From Candidatus Latescibacterota bacterium (GTDB lineage Bacteria; Latescibacterota; UBA2968; UBA8231): 64,000 nt of DNA. The notes beneath the pieces are model-generated. The model saw only the letters and a list, made by a program, of their open reading frames with translations. It searched no databases and was not told the DNA's origin. Below, piece after piece: positions 46,384 to 56,296 of this stretch (position 1 is the first letter of the stretch; each line of letters begins with the position of its first letter). The position numbers were made by a program, and so were the translations under genes. The DNA is taken from the NCBI GenBank assembly GCA_965217585.1, contig OZ244561.1, positions 3,584,001 to 3,648,000 of the forward strand, read 5' to 3'.

Positions 46384-46411
46384 AAAAAAACCGCCTAGTC
46401 GCCCAGGCGGT
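46384..46411 (-). terminator. intrinsic terminator closing the secreted-protein block
   Basis: Minus strand ACCGCCTGG-GCGA-CTAGGCGGT followed by a T run. Confidence 0.8.
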
Positions 46412-46440
46412 AGCGCAAATAACCTTTACGGCATGTCCCC

Positions 46441-49089
46441 CTACCGCTCGACCCCCGCGTAAATCGTGATAAAGCTCCGCGTCGTCAATTCGCTCCGCCG
46501 ACCCTCGAAGCTGGTTCGCGTCAGCTCGAAGCCGAGGGTCGTAGTCAACAGGTACCCTATGTAGTCCGAGGTATTGGTCAGTTGTGCCGTGGTAGTCAGC
46601 CCGCGGAAGCTATCCTCCGCGCCCGGTGGCGTGGGATTTTGCAACTGCGAGAAGATCTCGTATTCCACGCCGGCCTCGACGGTGCTCCTGCGCATCAGCG
46701 GGAAGCGGAGTATCAGCATCAGCAGTTCGTCGAGCTCTAGGCGCGTCGGCATCCCGGCAAGCACTGGCCGGCGGCGCGAGAATTCGCTCTTCCAACGCGG
46801 CATCAAGGTCCACCCTCCTGCGCTCAAGCGGTATTCCGCCTTGTTGATCACGCCCAAAAACGAGGCTGTCTGGCGCAAACCCCTCAACTCCAAGTCGATC
46901 CGGCCATCCAATTGGCGGTGGAACTGCCACTTGGCCTTGTGCTCCAGACGCAATCCCGCAAAAGGCCGCTGCTCCCAGCCGAACCACGACGTGCCGAGGA
47001 CGGTATTGCGCGCTGCGAGGGGATCCTCCACCCCGTATAGCGCCCCCCGCGTATTGGGCTGCTGCCTCCACTGGAGGAGGGGGTCGGCGATATTGTCCCG
47101 CACTTTGCGCAGATCCTCGAAGAGCCGCACCCGACCCCAGCGGTTGAAGTCGCGGTCGAACGTCAACACCCCGTAGAGGGCTTGGTTGTGCTCCGCAGCC
47201 GCCAGTCGGCGCATATCCATCCTCCCCAGCATCAGCCGCACGCCCGGCAACAGATGGGCACCGCCGAAGGCGTTGTAGCCCTCCCGGTCGCGGCGATAGG
47301 GCAGGTCGGCCTCCTCGTCGTTTTCAAAGCGATCAATGGTGCCGTTGTGGTTCATGTCCATCCCGTAGAGGAATTCGGGCCGGTCTGAGTAGTAGCGCAG
47401 GAAGGGCTCCTCGTAGTCGGGGATCAGGTTTGGGCTGTCCTCGTTGTCATTTTGGTTGAAATCGGAAATAAAGTCGTTGTTCTCGTCCCACCCGGGAAAG
47501 ATCTCGCGGTCGCCCGGTGCCCATCCCTTGCGCCGCCAGTCGGGACGGCGGTCCTGATCGTCGTTGTCTGCGACGAACTCGTAGCGCTCGAAGTGGTTGC
47601 CGTAGTCGAGCCTGCCCTCCTTGCCGGCGGTCACCATCGAGGTCTGGTAGGTCGGGTCAATGCTGAACGCCTCGAGCAAAAAGAAGTACGGGTAGGGCGT
47701 GCTGGAAAGGTTGGCGAACCAGGCTAGGGCCTCGTCGCCGGTGGTGTGGTGCCGTTTGCGGTTGGGGTTGGGGAATTGCCGGTAGCGGTTGTTGACGGCA
47801 ATCTCCGCATATCCGGCGAACCCGGCTAGGTCGGTCAACTCGAAGGTAAACCCGGCGATCTGGTTGGCCGTCGGCAGCCCGTAGTTGAAGAACAACACGC
47901 GCTGGTTGGAGCCGTCTTGGACGTTGCCCCGGGCCTGGGCCACCGGCAGGAAGACGATCGCGTCGTCGGCGTTGACTTGGTTGTCGGAGGCGACCTCAAT
48001 CAGATAGTCGTTGGCCACCACCAGTTCCACCGCGATGCGGGTGATCTCGGTCGGGTCAACGCCGATATAGCCGGCATCGGCTAGGTCGTAGCGCACCAAG
48101 ATCTCCTCCAACCCGTCCGCCGCCAAAAAACCTTGGCGCTGGAGGCCGCCCTCGATGAGTGGCCGGAAGCCGATCTCGCTGGCGCGCGTCTCGTTCCCCT
48201 CTAAATCGTACACCAGCAGGTCGCTGGCGAAAAGCGCTCCCCCTCCTTTGCCGTCCTCGGGGGAATCGTCGCGGATGCGGATCTCGATCATCGTCACGGG
48301 CGTGAAATTCAGCGCCTCGGTTAGCTGCCCTTTGAAGATATCGCCGTTGACTGCCTGCCGCTGGGTCTGCGAGTGATGCGCGTTGACCAGCGTGCCCCCG
48401 ACCTTGACGAAGTCTCCTACTTGGATCTCTAGTCTGCCGCCAAACAAGTTGGTATTGTTGGTGCGCTGCGAGGCCTGCGTGCCTCGGGCGGTGAAGATCG
48501 AGTTGGGTTCCGAAATCCGCGACATCAACAGCGTCGCCTGATACTTGTCGGCGGCGTAGTCGATCTGCAGGCCGTTGAAGACCGGATTGGAGAAGGTCAT
48601 GGGCGTCAGGGTGGTGCGGATGTAGTTGCCGACGGTGATGGCGTAGTGGTGCTCCCCTTTGTGGTCGGAGGCGATCACTAGGTTGCTGAACCAATTGCGG
48701 AACTGCTGGGTCTTGTGCACCGCGCTGCCGAAGGGTTGGGGATTTTCCTGCCGCCAGTCGTAGATCAACCACCCCCGGGTCAGGAAATTTCCATAGACGT
48801 CGTAGAAGTAATCGCCCTCCAGCGCGGTGAAGACGTAGCGCTGGTAGTTTTCGCGTGCGTAGTTGGAGTATTCCCACTGTTTCCAACGGTATTCGGCGTA
48901 GAGTTCCTGCGGCACGTACCACTTGCGGATGGCGGGATCGAGCGCGTCGAAAATCACGCCGGGGCCTCGGGGCTCGTAGGTGACTCGGCCGCCGCGCTGG
49001 ATGGTGCCCAAGCGGGCGCCGTAGTCCTGGGCTTGGGCGGCGTCAACCAGAAGCGCGGCAAGCAGGGACATCAGTGCGCTGTATTTCAT
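46441..49089 (-). CDS. large secreted hypothetical protein, putative outer-membrane barrel with Dx[DN]xD loops (paralog A)
   Basis: Signal peptide, acidic DENND/DMNHNG loops, alternating beta-strand C-terminus (SFITIYAG). Paralog of 51038-53707. Confidence 0.7.
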   Translation of the reverse strand: MKYSALMSLLAALLVDAAQAQDYGARLGTIQRGGRVTYEPRGPGVIFDALDPAIRKWYVPQELYAEYRWKQWEYSNYARENYQRYVFTALEGDYFYDVYGNFLTRGWLIYDWRQENPQPFGSAVHKTQQFRNWFSNLVIASDHKGEHHYAITVGNYIRTTLTPMTFSNPVFNGLQIDYAADKYQATLLMSRISEPNSIFTARGTQASQRTNNTNLFGGRLEIQVGDFVKVGGTLVNAHHSQTQRQAVNGDIFKGQLTEALNFTPVTMIEIRIRDDSPEDGKGGGALFASDLLVYDLEGNETRASEIGFRPLIEGGLQRQGFLAADGLEEILVRYDLADAGYIGVDPTEITRIAVELVVANDYLIEVASDNQVNADDAIVFLPVAQARGNVQDGSNQRVLFFNYGLPTANQIAGFTFELTDLAGFAGYAEIAVNNRYRQFPNPNRKRHHTTGDEALAWFANLSSTPYPYFFLLEAFSIDPTYQTSMVTAGKEGRLDYGNHFERYEFVADNDDQDRRPDWRRKGWAPGDREIFPGWDENNDFISDFNQNDNEDSPNLIPDYEEPFLRYYSDRPEFLYGMDMNHNGTIDRFENDEEADLPYRRDREGYNAFGGAHLLPGVRLMLGRMDMRRLAAAEHNQALYGVLTFDRDFNRWGRVRLFEDLRKVRDNIADPLLQWRQQPNTRGALYGVEDPLAARNTVLGTSWFGWEQRPFAGLRLEHKAKWQFHRQLDGRIDLELRGLRQTASFLGVINKAEYRLSAGGWTLMPRWKSEFSRRRPVLAGMPTRLELDELLMLILRFPLMRRSTVEAGVEYEIFSQLQNPTPPGAEDSFRGLTTTAQLTNTSDYIGYLLTTTLGFELTRTSFEGRRSELTTRSFITIYAGVER

Positions 49090-49130
49090 CAATTGCACTG
49101 TCACTTTCGTTTTTAATGGTAGAACGAGCA

Positions 49131-51041
49131 TTAATACGCCACCCCCAGCGTCCCCAGATGTCGCTCCTCAAACGCGTCTGCCTGCACCCGCAATACCCAC
49201 ACATAGGTTCCCGGTGCCAGCAACTTCCCATCCGCGGTCCTTCCGTCCCAACCGTAACGCGTCGGCCCGATCCCCCGCTTCCCCACAAACGCCCTGTGCA
49301 TCCGCCGCCCTGCCAAGTCGAACACGTCCAGCGCCACCGGTGCCGGCTCGACGATCTGCAACAGGTTGAAAAACATCTCAAACTGGTCGTTGACCCCGTC
49401 CCCATTGGGCGTGAACACCCGCGCGTTGGTCGCGATCTCGCCGACTAGTTTGCCGATCTGCGGTTTGGGGATTTCTACTGCCAGCCCCGCAAGCTCGTCC
49501 TGGTCCGCTGGCCCGAAATCCACGACCTGCCCCGGCGCGACGATCTGCGGTACCGTCGGAAATCGGCTGTTGTAAGCGCGACTGGAGAACGTGGTGCCGA
49601 AGCGGAAGATCGGCAGGTCATAGGTGAATTCCAGCACGGCCCCGTCTCTGCGCACCAATGCAAAACTCAGCCGAAAGCCCTCTTGGTGCGCGTATTCTAC
49701 TGCGAAATCCACCGCCTGCCCGTCTATGCGCACATTGCGGATATTCTCCACCGGCGCGTTGGAGTCCACGGCCAATGCGTCGTAGCCGCGCACCGCCCCG
49801 TTAGCCCTCAGCAACACTGCGTAATGGAACGTCGCCGGCTTTTCCGCTTCGGCCAGCCGCGGAAAGACCTCGGCCCGGAGGGTGTCGGCGATCGGCGGGT
49901 GGAGGTAGTCGAATTCGAGCCGGTCGACGAGGCGCGTATCAAAGAGCCGGCCTGCAAAGGCAAACTGCAACTGGATAAAGCGCCGCGGCCCCGGTGCTGT
50001 TACTAGGCCGCCGTTCAACACGCGCTGCCACGGGCTCCAGTTTTCTTCGTCCTCCTGCGGCGGCAAGCGCTTGGGGCGGTCCAGCGACCAGTATTCGGCG
50101 GCGCTCACCTCGACGTCTGTCAGCAGTGAGAACGGATCTTCAGCCTCGACTCGCTGCCGATAGATGATCGGCGTATCGTCTAGCCCGGTGCGCACTCGCG
50201 CCGTCAGACGGGAAAAGGGCGCTTCGCCAACTACCTCCTCCACCCAGCGCACCTCGCCGACGGTGGCGGGAGTCCCTAGGTCGAGCAGGTCCGTCTGGTA
50301 GGTCGCCCGGTTCATGTAGCCCGTGCCATAGACCTCGATCTCGTCGATCTCGAAGGGCACCTCCGACAGCGAACGCAACTTTACCAGCCGCACGTACTGG
50401 GGCTTGACCGCCACATCGATCACTGGGTCCTCGTTTTCCAACTCGCGGATCACCAAAATGTCCGGCGAACCGCTGACGCGGTTGGTCTGTCGCGGGTTGA
50501 CCCACAGTTCGTAGGCGCGCAGGAAGTCGTCTTGGTAGGGCTGGCGCGGCGTGGCTGCCACGGTGTTGCGCGGATAGAAGCGCACCCGCTGCACGCCCAC
50601 CTGTGGGACAAAGTCGAGGATGATCCAGATCCCGTAGGCCGGAACCAGTGGGTTGAAGGGGGTGGGTTTGCGCTCGAAGGCGATGGCGTGGTCGCCGTTG
50701 ACGATGCCGCGGAGCTGGGCCTTCCGCAAATCGGTGTACTTAGTTATTGCATTGGGTGCCCTAACCGAGCCTTGGCCTTCGAGCACTAGGGAGGCGATAT
50801 TCTCCTCGCCGTCGAAAAAGCGCGGGCTGATCGACTCCGGCCAATGAACGAAATCGACCGCGCCCACCAGCACGTTGCTCGTATCCACTTGCGGCCGGTA
50901 CCGAGGGCCGAACAAGAATTCGGGATCGATGCCGTCGCCGCCGCCTTCCCAGTCGTGCTCAACCCCGCCGAGCACGAAGGTGCGCACTTGGCCGTCGGCA
51001 TTTATTGCCAGCAATAATAGCGCCGCGAAAGCCCAGTTCAT
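49131..51041 (-). CDS. secreted discoidin-like + FlgD-Ig protein with FTPNGDGxND tail
   Basis: Signal peptide, EIDEIEVYG, FTPNGDGVND, WDGRT, ends LGVAY. Confidence 0.78.
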   Translation of the reverse strand: MNWAFAALLLLAINADGQVRTFVLGGVEHDWEGGGDGIDPEFLFGPRYRPQVDTSNVLVGAVDFVHWPESISPRFFDGEENIASLVLEGQGSVRAPNAITKYTDLRKAQLRGIVNGDHAIAFERKPTPFNPLVPAYGIWIILDFVPQVGVQRVRFYPRNTVAATPRQPYQDDFLRAYELWVNPRQTNRVSGSPDILVIRELENEDPVIDVAVKPQYVRLVKLRSLSEVPFEIDEIEVYGTGYMNRATYQTDLLDLGTPATVGEVRWVEEVVGEAPFSRLTARVRTGLDDTPIIYRQRVEAEDPFSLLTDVEVSAAEYWSLDRPKRLPPQEDEENWSPWQRVLNGGLVTAPGPRRFIQLQFAFAGRLFDTRLVDRLEFDYLHPPIADTLRAEVFPRLAEAEKPATFHYAVLLRANGAVRGYDALAVDSNAPVENIRNVRIDGQAVDFAVEYAHQEGFRLSFALVRRDGAVLEFTYDLPIFRFGTTFSSRAYNSRFPTVPQIVAPGQVVDFGPADQDELAGLAVEIPKPQIGKLVGEIATNARVFTPNGDGVNDQFEMFFNLLQIVEPAPVALDVFDLAGRRMHRAFVGKRGIGPTRYGWDGRTADGKLLAPGTYVWVLRVQADAFEERHLGTLGVAY

Positions 51042-53707
51042 AGCTTCAACCCCGCGTTGATAGTCATAAAAAGCATGCTGGAGCGCTGGTCTTCGCTGTG
51101 GTCAAAATCGCGCCACAGCCACTGCGCTCCTACTCGGGTCACCAATTGGTAGCCGGCATAGCCCACCCTGTTCGTTAGCTGGATCACCAGCGTCCGGCCC
51201 ATAAAGTCCTCCGCCACCTCCGGGTGCCTACCCTCCAGCATCCAGAACCGACTCCACTCCAACCCGCACTGTAGCTGGGTGTCGAATATCTGGCGGCCGT
51301 GCCGAGCATAATAGCTGATCGAGACCTGCTCGGCTAGGATCGGCTGCACCCATAGCAGGAACAAGGTCTGTTCCAAGCTCTCCGCCACGGGCGCACGGCT
51401 GTGGAAGGGCCGGACGCGGCGGTACTCGCTCTTCCAGCGCGGTTCCACCCGGCCCAGCCCCAAAGGCACCGTCCACTCGGCCTTGTTGATCACGCCGAGA
51501 AAACCCGAGCTGGCGCGTCCTTCGCGACTGCGGAGCACCGCTCCATTCCCGCGCTGCCACCAACCCTCCCACTTGAAGCGGTGCATGTGGCGCAGACCCC
51601 AGCCAAAAGCCTGTTCCCAGTCGGCGTACAACGCGTTGCGCCAAGCGTTGTCCCCCGGCAGTCGGTCCACAAGAGTCTGCATCCGCCCCACCGCGCCCAC
51701 CGGCTGTACCCATTGCTCCAAGTCGTCCGGGATGTCGTCCCTGACGAGCGCCGCGAAATCGAAAAACCGCAGTTGCCCGCCTCTAAGACTCCAGCGCGCC
51801 GCTGCCAGCGCGTACACCGCATGGGTCTGACCATCCCCGGAAATCAGCCGCACTCGCTGGTGGCCCAGCGCCAAACTCGCATCCGGCCCTAGATGCCCGC
51901 GTGCGTACATATTGAAACCGCGATGGTCGCGCTTGTAGGGGTAGTCGGGCAAGAGGTCGTTCTCGAATCGGTCGATCGCGCCGTTGTGGTTGAGGTCGAG
52001 GCCGAAGAGGTACTCTGGTCGGTCCGAACGAAACCGCAGGAAAGGTTCCTCGTAATCGGGTATGCGATTGCGGTTCTGGTTGTGGTCGTAGATGAAATCG
52101 CCGTTCTCGTCGTAGCCGGGAAAGGCCTCCCGCGAAAAATGCTGGAAGGGCCGTTCCCACTCCGGGGTGCCGTCGTGGTCGTCGTCGTCATCGACGAATT
52201 CGTAGAGGTCGGGAACCGGCGCTTGATAGCGAATATCGCCGTTGCCCTGCACGAGCCAGTAGTTGGTCGAATAGCCGTCGGCCAGCGAGAACAACTCCCC
52301 GGCCATATTCCAGGGATAGCGCTCGTAGGCCACCTCGGCGTACGCGGCGTGGGCGCTGTTGACGAAGTGGTGCAGGTGCTTGGTGTCTCGGCTGGGGTAC
52401 ATGCCGTGCTGCCGGTTGACCACGGCCTCGCCCCGGAATGAGACGCCGTGCCACTCGACCAAGTCCCAGTTGATCCCAAGCAGTTCGTTGGCGGTGGGCA
52501 ACCCGTAGTCTAGGCGCAGCACTTGGCTGTTGCTGTTGTCTTGGACATTGCCCGGCGATCGCACGACAGGGAAAAACACGATCTGCGGGTCGCGCCGCTC
52601 GCCGTCGGTCTGCAAGTTCGAGGCCATCTCGACCCGGTAGTCGTCGGCGACCACCAGTTCGACTGCCGCCCGGCGCAAGGTAGCCGAGCGCAACCCTTCG
52701 TAGTCGAGGGCGGCGAAATCGTATTCGAGCAGGACCGTCTCCGAACCGTCGGCTACCAGCGCCCCAGCCCGCGTCCGCCCTCCCTCAATGCGCGGCAAAA
52801 AGCCGATTTCTCGCCCGCGCACCTTGTGTCCACTGGTATCGACCAGCACGATGTCGTACCTGAACAGCGACGTGCCACTCACCCCGTCGGCTGGCGAATC
52901 ATCCCTGAGCCGCACCCACAGTTTGTCCAGCGGCTTGTTCTGGCCGGTGGTCAGCGTTCCGTACAGGGGATTGCCATATGTAATCCGCACCTGGCTTTGC
53001 GCGTTGTGGGCGTTGATATACGTAACGCCAAGGAGCACCGCGTCGCCGGCTTTGAACTCGGCGTGGCCTCCCAACAGGTGCGTGATATTGGTGCGGTCAG
53101 CCCTGTTCGGCTGGCTCGGCCGCGACAGCAGCAGGCTCCCCACGTGGCGCTCGTTGGCCCAGTCGAGGCGCAGCCCGTTGAAGTTGGTCTTGTTGAAGGT
53201 CAAAGGCGTGAAGACGGTGAAGATCCCGTCGCCGATCATCAACCGCGCGCTGGTTCCCCTGCTCTCGTCCGAGGCGATCACCAGATTCTGGAAGAATCCC
53301 CCGTAAGGCCATCCTTTGCGGATCAAACTGCCATCGCGTTTGGCTTGCTCCTGTTCCCAGGTATAGACCATCCAGCCGCGTCCTATGCGGTGGCCGAAGG
53401 TGTCGTACCACGCCTCGCCCTCTAGGCCAGCGTTCACGAGGGTCCGGTAGCGTTCTCGCGCGTAGGAGGTACGGTCGCCGCCGTACCAGGGCTGCATGTA
53501 GCTTTCGGCCAGATGTCGGGGCGCGTACCAGCGGTGCATTCGCGGCGTGACGTATTCTATCTCGAAGTGCGGCACTTCCCATGCGGTCACTGGCGGGCCC
53601 TGCAGCCCCCACCGGCTCGCGTCCTCATTTTGCGCCTCGACCGCTAGCGCGCGCAACGTGCAGCAGGCCAAGACGCCTGCCAACCAAGCTCTTCTCCGTT
53701 CGGTCAA
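51038..53707 (-). CDS. large secreted hypothetical protein, putative outer-membrane barrel (paralog B)
   Basis: TTG start overlaps the upstream TGA. Shares NLVIASD, YGLPTAN, PDYEEPFLR, DRFEND, GVINKAE, PRWKSE with 46441-49089. Confidence 0.7.
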   Translation of the reverse strand: MTERRRAWLAGVLACCTLRALAVEAQNEDASRWGLQGPPVTAWEVPHFEIEYVTPRMHRWYAPRHLAESYMQPWYGGDRTSYARERYRTLVNAGLEGEAWYDTFGHRIGRGWMVYTWEQEQAKRDGSLIRKGWPYGGFFQNLVIASDESRGTSARLMIGDGIFTVFTPLTFNKTNFNGLRLDWANERHVGSLLLSRPSQPNRADRTNITHLLGGHAEFKAGDAVLLGVTYINAHNAQSQVRITYGNPLYGTLTTGQNKPLDKLWVRLRDDSPADGVSGTSLFRYDIVLVDTSGHKVRGREIGFLPRIEGGRTRAGALVADGSETVLLEYDFAALDYEGLRSATLRRAAVELVVADDYRVEMASNLQTDGERRDPQIVFFPVVRSPGNVQDNSNSQVLRLDYGLPTANELLGINWDLVEWHGVSFRGEAVVNRQHGMYPSRDTKHLHHFVNSAHAAYAEVAYERYPWNMAGELFSLADGYSTNYWLVQGNGDIRYQAPVPDLYEFVDDDDDHDGTPEWERPFQHFSREAFPGYDENGDFIYDHNQNRNRIPDYEEPFLRFRSDRPEYLFGLDLNHNGAIDRFENDLLPDYPYKRDHRGFNMYARGHLGPDASLALGHQRVRLISGDGQTHAVYALAAARWSLRGGQLRFFDFAALVRDDIPDDLEQWVQPVGAVGRMQTLVDRLPGDNAWRNALYADWEQAFGWGLRHMHRFKWEGWWQRGNGAVLRSREGRASSGFLGVINKAEWTVPLGLGRVEPRWKSEYRRVRPFHSRAPVAESLEQTLFLLWVQPILAEQVSISYYARHGRQIFDTQLQCGLEWSRFWMLEGRHPEVAEDFMGRTLVIQLTNRVGYAGYQLVTRVGAQWLWRDFDHSEDQRSSMLFMTINAGLKL

Positions 53708-56238
53708 TAGACCACCCCCACCAAGCTCGCGGCCTCGGTTTTTCCCGCACCCACATCGGCGGTGAAACCGACGCGCACCAAATAGGTCCCCGGCGGCACC
53801 AGTACCCCTGCGTCGTCGCGACCATCCCAAGCCACCAAGTGGTCGCCGCTGGGGTTTTCCCGGCGCAGCGAAAGCTCGCGCACCTTGCGGCCGGACAGGT
53901 CGTAGATCCCGACCTCAATCCGCCTTCCCCGGATGAGGCGGTAGATGGTAAAGCGGATCTCGGCTTGGTCGTTTATGCCGTCGCCGTTGGGGGTGAAGAC
54001 TTGGGGCAGCGAATGCACCCGGTCCAACAGCGGGAAGTTTTCCACGTCGGCCACTACCACCAGCGACTGGCTCGCAGCCAGCGACCCAGCGTCGCCCTCG
54101 CTTATCGCCTGGACGATCCCGGGTCGGGTCGCGCGTTTCAATTCGGCACCAAAAGCGGTACCGCTCAAAAACACCCGCGTGCGGAAACGCGCCTCGTACA
54201 ACGACTGCCCACCGGTGACCGGCGCGGGAAAAGCCAATTCCACGGACCCGTCCTCCAGCCGCTCTAGACCCAGTGGTCCCGGCCATAGCTCCCGCCCGGT
54301 GCCGGCGCGCAACTGTGCCTCGTTGCCCTCGCGGAAGGAGATTAGCTCAATCGGGACCGAGGACGACGAGTGCAGCCGGATTCGGTCGAAGCCGGAGTTT
54401 CCGGGACCAAAAACCGAGCGGATATACATGGAGAAGAGCTGATCTGCCCCTGGCTCCACCCCATCGATAGGCCACACCTCGGCGAAGGTCTGGTCCACCA
54501 ACGGCGGTGCCAACTTAAGCCGCAAGCTCCTCATCTGCGCCGTACGCAGCGGTTCTTGGGTCAAAAGCCGTAGCTGCGCTTGGACGAAGCGCCGGGGGCT
54601 GGGCGACTTGAATGGCTCCCCCGACGTTAGATAAGCTGCGCTCCAGTTGCTCCATCCTGGCCCCGGTATTTCCCGAACTAGCACCTCGCCGCGGTTTTTC
54701 TCGTAGCGGATGGCCTCCCACTCCTCCTCGCTGATTTCTTGTCCCACCGCGTCGAAGTAACGCCGCTCCTCAATCACTTCGTCACCGCTGCGGGTGCGGA
54801 TCTCTAGCTGGGTGCTCGGGGGCTGGTCTCCGTCCCATTCCACTGCGGAGAAGATCCGCGAGCGGCCTAGGTGGATAACGGGCGATTCGAGCGCGACCTT
54901 GGACACGTAGCCTTCGCCATAAGCTTGGAACTCGCTCAAGTTGCCCGTCTCGGTACGCTCCCCCACTAACACTAGCTCCAAACGTCTCAGTTCCAAATAG
55001 CGCACCTCTCGCAGGGGGAACTGCTCCTCTAGCTGTAGAAAGGACTCCCGATTCTGCCGCTCCTCCAAAGCCTCCCACAACAGCGAGCCATCGGGGTCTA
55101 AACTGCCATCCGAGATCCGGAGCTGATAGGCGCTTAAAGGCCCCTCGGCGCTGACTAGGCGCACCCGGTCCAGCCAGAACTGAGCCCCTAGGTCAACTAT
55201 GAGCTGGTTGCGGTCGCGCACCGAGTCGTAAATCCGCAACGGGTAGAAGGAGCGGAAGAGGCCATCGGTCGCCAGCGCGAGCAGGAGATTGTCGAAGATG
55301 GTCACGTTGCGATTGCGGATCCGCTGGGTCAGATTGACGACATTGTCCCCTAGGGTATAGACCTCAAGCTCGGCCAAGCGCGGCCGCTCGCGGCGAAAAT
55401 AGCGCACTAGGCCCTGCTCCTCCTCGGGCAAATCCCGATGCGTCTGCTCGTCGATTAGGATTTGGCGGCCGATGACCGTCTGGCGGAAGTACTCGACCGT
55501 CCCTTGGTCTGCGGGCAATAGCGCCTCGTAGGTGGCCCTATCTACTTCCTCGCCTCGCGTACTGTCCGCAGCCAACGCCTGAAAGCGCACGATCTGCGCC
55601 ACTTCTCCCTCGACTCCAGCGGGCAAGGGGCGCTGGGGACGGACCTCGAAGCTGAACTCCCGCTCTGTCTTGTTGGGGTACGTCACCTGCCCGACGCGGA
55701 AGAACTTTAGCTGCCGCCGCCGATCCGATACTGGATATTCTCGCCCGTCCGAGAGCAGCACCCTGAACTTGAGGAAGGGATCGCCTGACTGGGCGAAGCG
55801 CACAACCACCCTTTTGGCGATCACCGTTCGCCCTAGTTCCACATCGACAAACCAGTCTTTCAGTGGGTCGGCCGGATCGGGCTCCCAGTAGGTGTCTTGG
55901 TCCCCGTCTATTATGAACGGTGCCTGCTCTGCGCTGCTGCCCGCCATGCGGATCCCCCCCACCAACGTGTCTCCGCTGACCTCCGCGGTCTCGAACTCCA
56001 CCGCGTTGAGCGCGGCGTTGATGTCGCGGCGCAGGAAGCGGGGCAATACCGCACCTTCCGCCGCAACTACGTGCGTCCCTACAGGTGCCTCCCATTCGGC
56101 CCAGTGCGCCGCTTGGTCGATGACAACCTCGTCTCGCGTCAGCCGGTAGCCGGTCTGAGCGACGAGGACGAGTGGATGCGTCAATAATAGACAAAGTAGC
56201 GCCGGCCAGGCCCGACCAATGGATGCCCTTGGGTTCAT
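53704..56238 (-). CDS. secreted protein with two discoidin-like modules + FlgD-Ig FTPNGDGxND tail
   Basis: Signal peptide, LAELEVY and LSEFQAYG, FTPNGDGIND, WDGRD, ends VGVVY. Alternative start at 56295. Confidence 0.78.
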   Translation of the reverse strand: MNPRASIGRAWPALLCLLLTHPLVLVAQTGYRLTRDEVVIDQAAHWAEWEAPVGTHVVAAEGAVLPRFLRRDINAALNAVEFETAEVSGDTLVGGIRMAGSSAEQAPFIIDGDQDTYWEPDPADPLKDWFVDVELGRTVIAKRVVVRFAQSGDPFLKFRVLLSDGREYPVSDRRRQLKFFRVGQVTYPNKTEREFSFEVRPQRPLPAGVEGEVAQIVRFQALAADSTRGEEVDRATYEALLPADQGTVEYFRQTVIGRQILIDEQTHRDLPEEEQGLVRYFRRERPRLAELEVYTLGDNVVNLTQRIRNRNVTIFDNLLLALATDGLFRSFYPLRIYDSVRDRNQLIVDLGAQFWLDRVRLVSAEGPLSAYQLRISDGSLDPDGSLLWEALEERQNRESFLQLEEQFPLREVRYLELRRLELVLVGERTETGNLSEFQAYGEGYVSKVALESPVIHLGRSRIFSAVEWDGDQPPSTQLEIRTRSGDEVIEERRYFDAVGQEISEEEWEAIRYEKNRGEVLVREIPGPGWSNWSAAYLTSGEPFKSPSPRRFVQAQLRLLTQEPLRTAQMRSLRLKLAPPLVDQTFAEVWPIDGVEPGADQLFSMYIRSVFGPGNSGFDRIRLHSSSSVPIELISFREGNEAQLRAGTGRELWPGPLGLERLEDGSVELAFPAPVTGGQSLYEARFRTRVFLSGTAFGAELKRATRPGIVQAISEGDAGSLAASQSLVVVADVENFPLLDRVHSLPQVFTPNGDGINDQAEIRFTIYRLIRGRRIEVGIYDLSGRKVRELSLRRENPSGDHLVAWDGRDDAGVLVPPGTYLVRVGFTADVGAGKTEAASLVGVVY

Positions 56239-56245
56239 GCCGTCG

Positions 56246-56273
56246 GTGGGGGCGACCGGCCGGTCGCCCCTAC
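56246..56273 (-). repeat. REP-like palindrome
   Basis: GTAG-GGGCGACCGGCCGGTCGCCC: a GTAG tetranucleotide followed by a perfect palindrome. Confidence 0.7.
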
Positions 56274-56296
56274 ATGCGTAACGTCCGTTGTTCATA

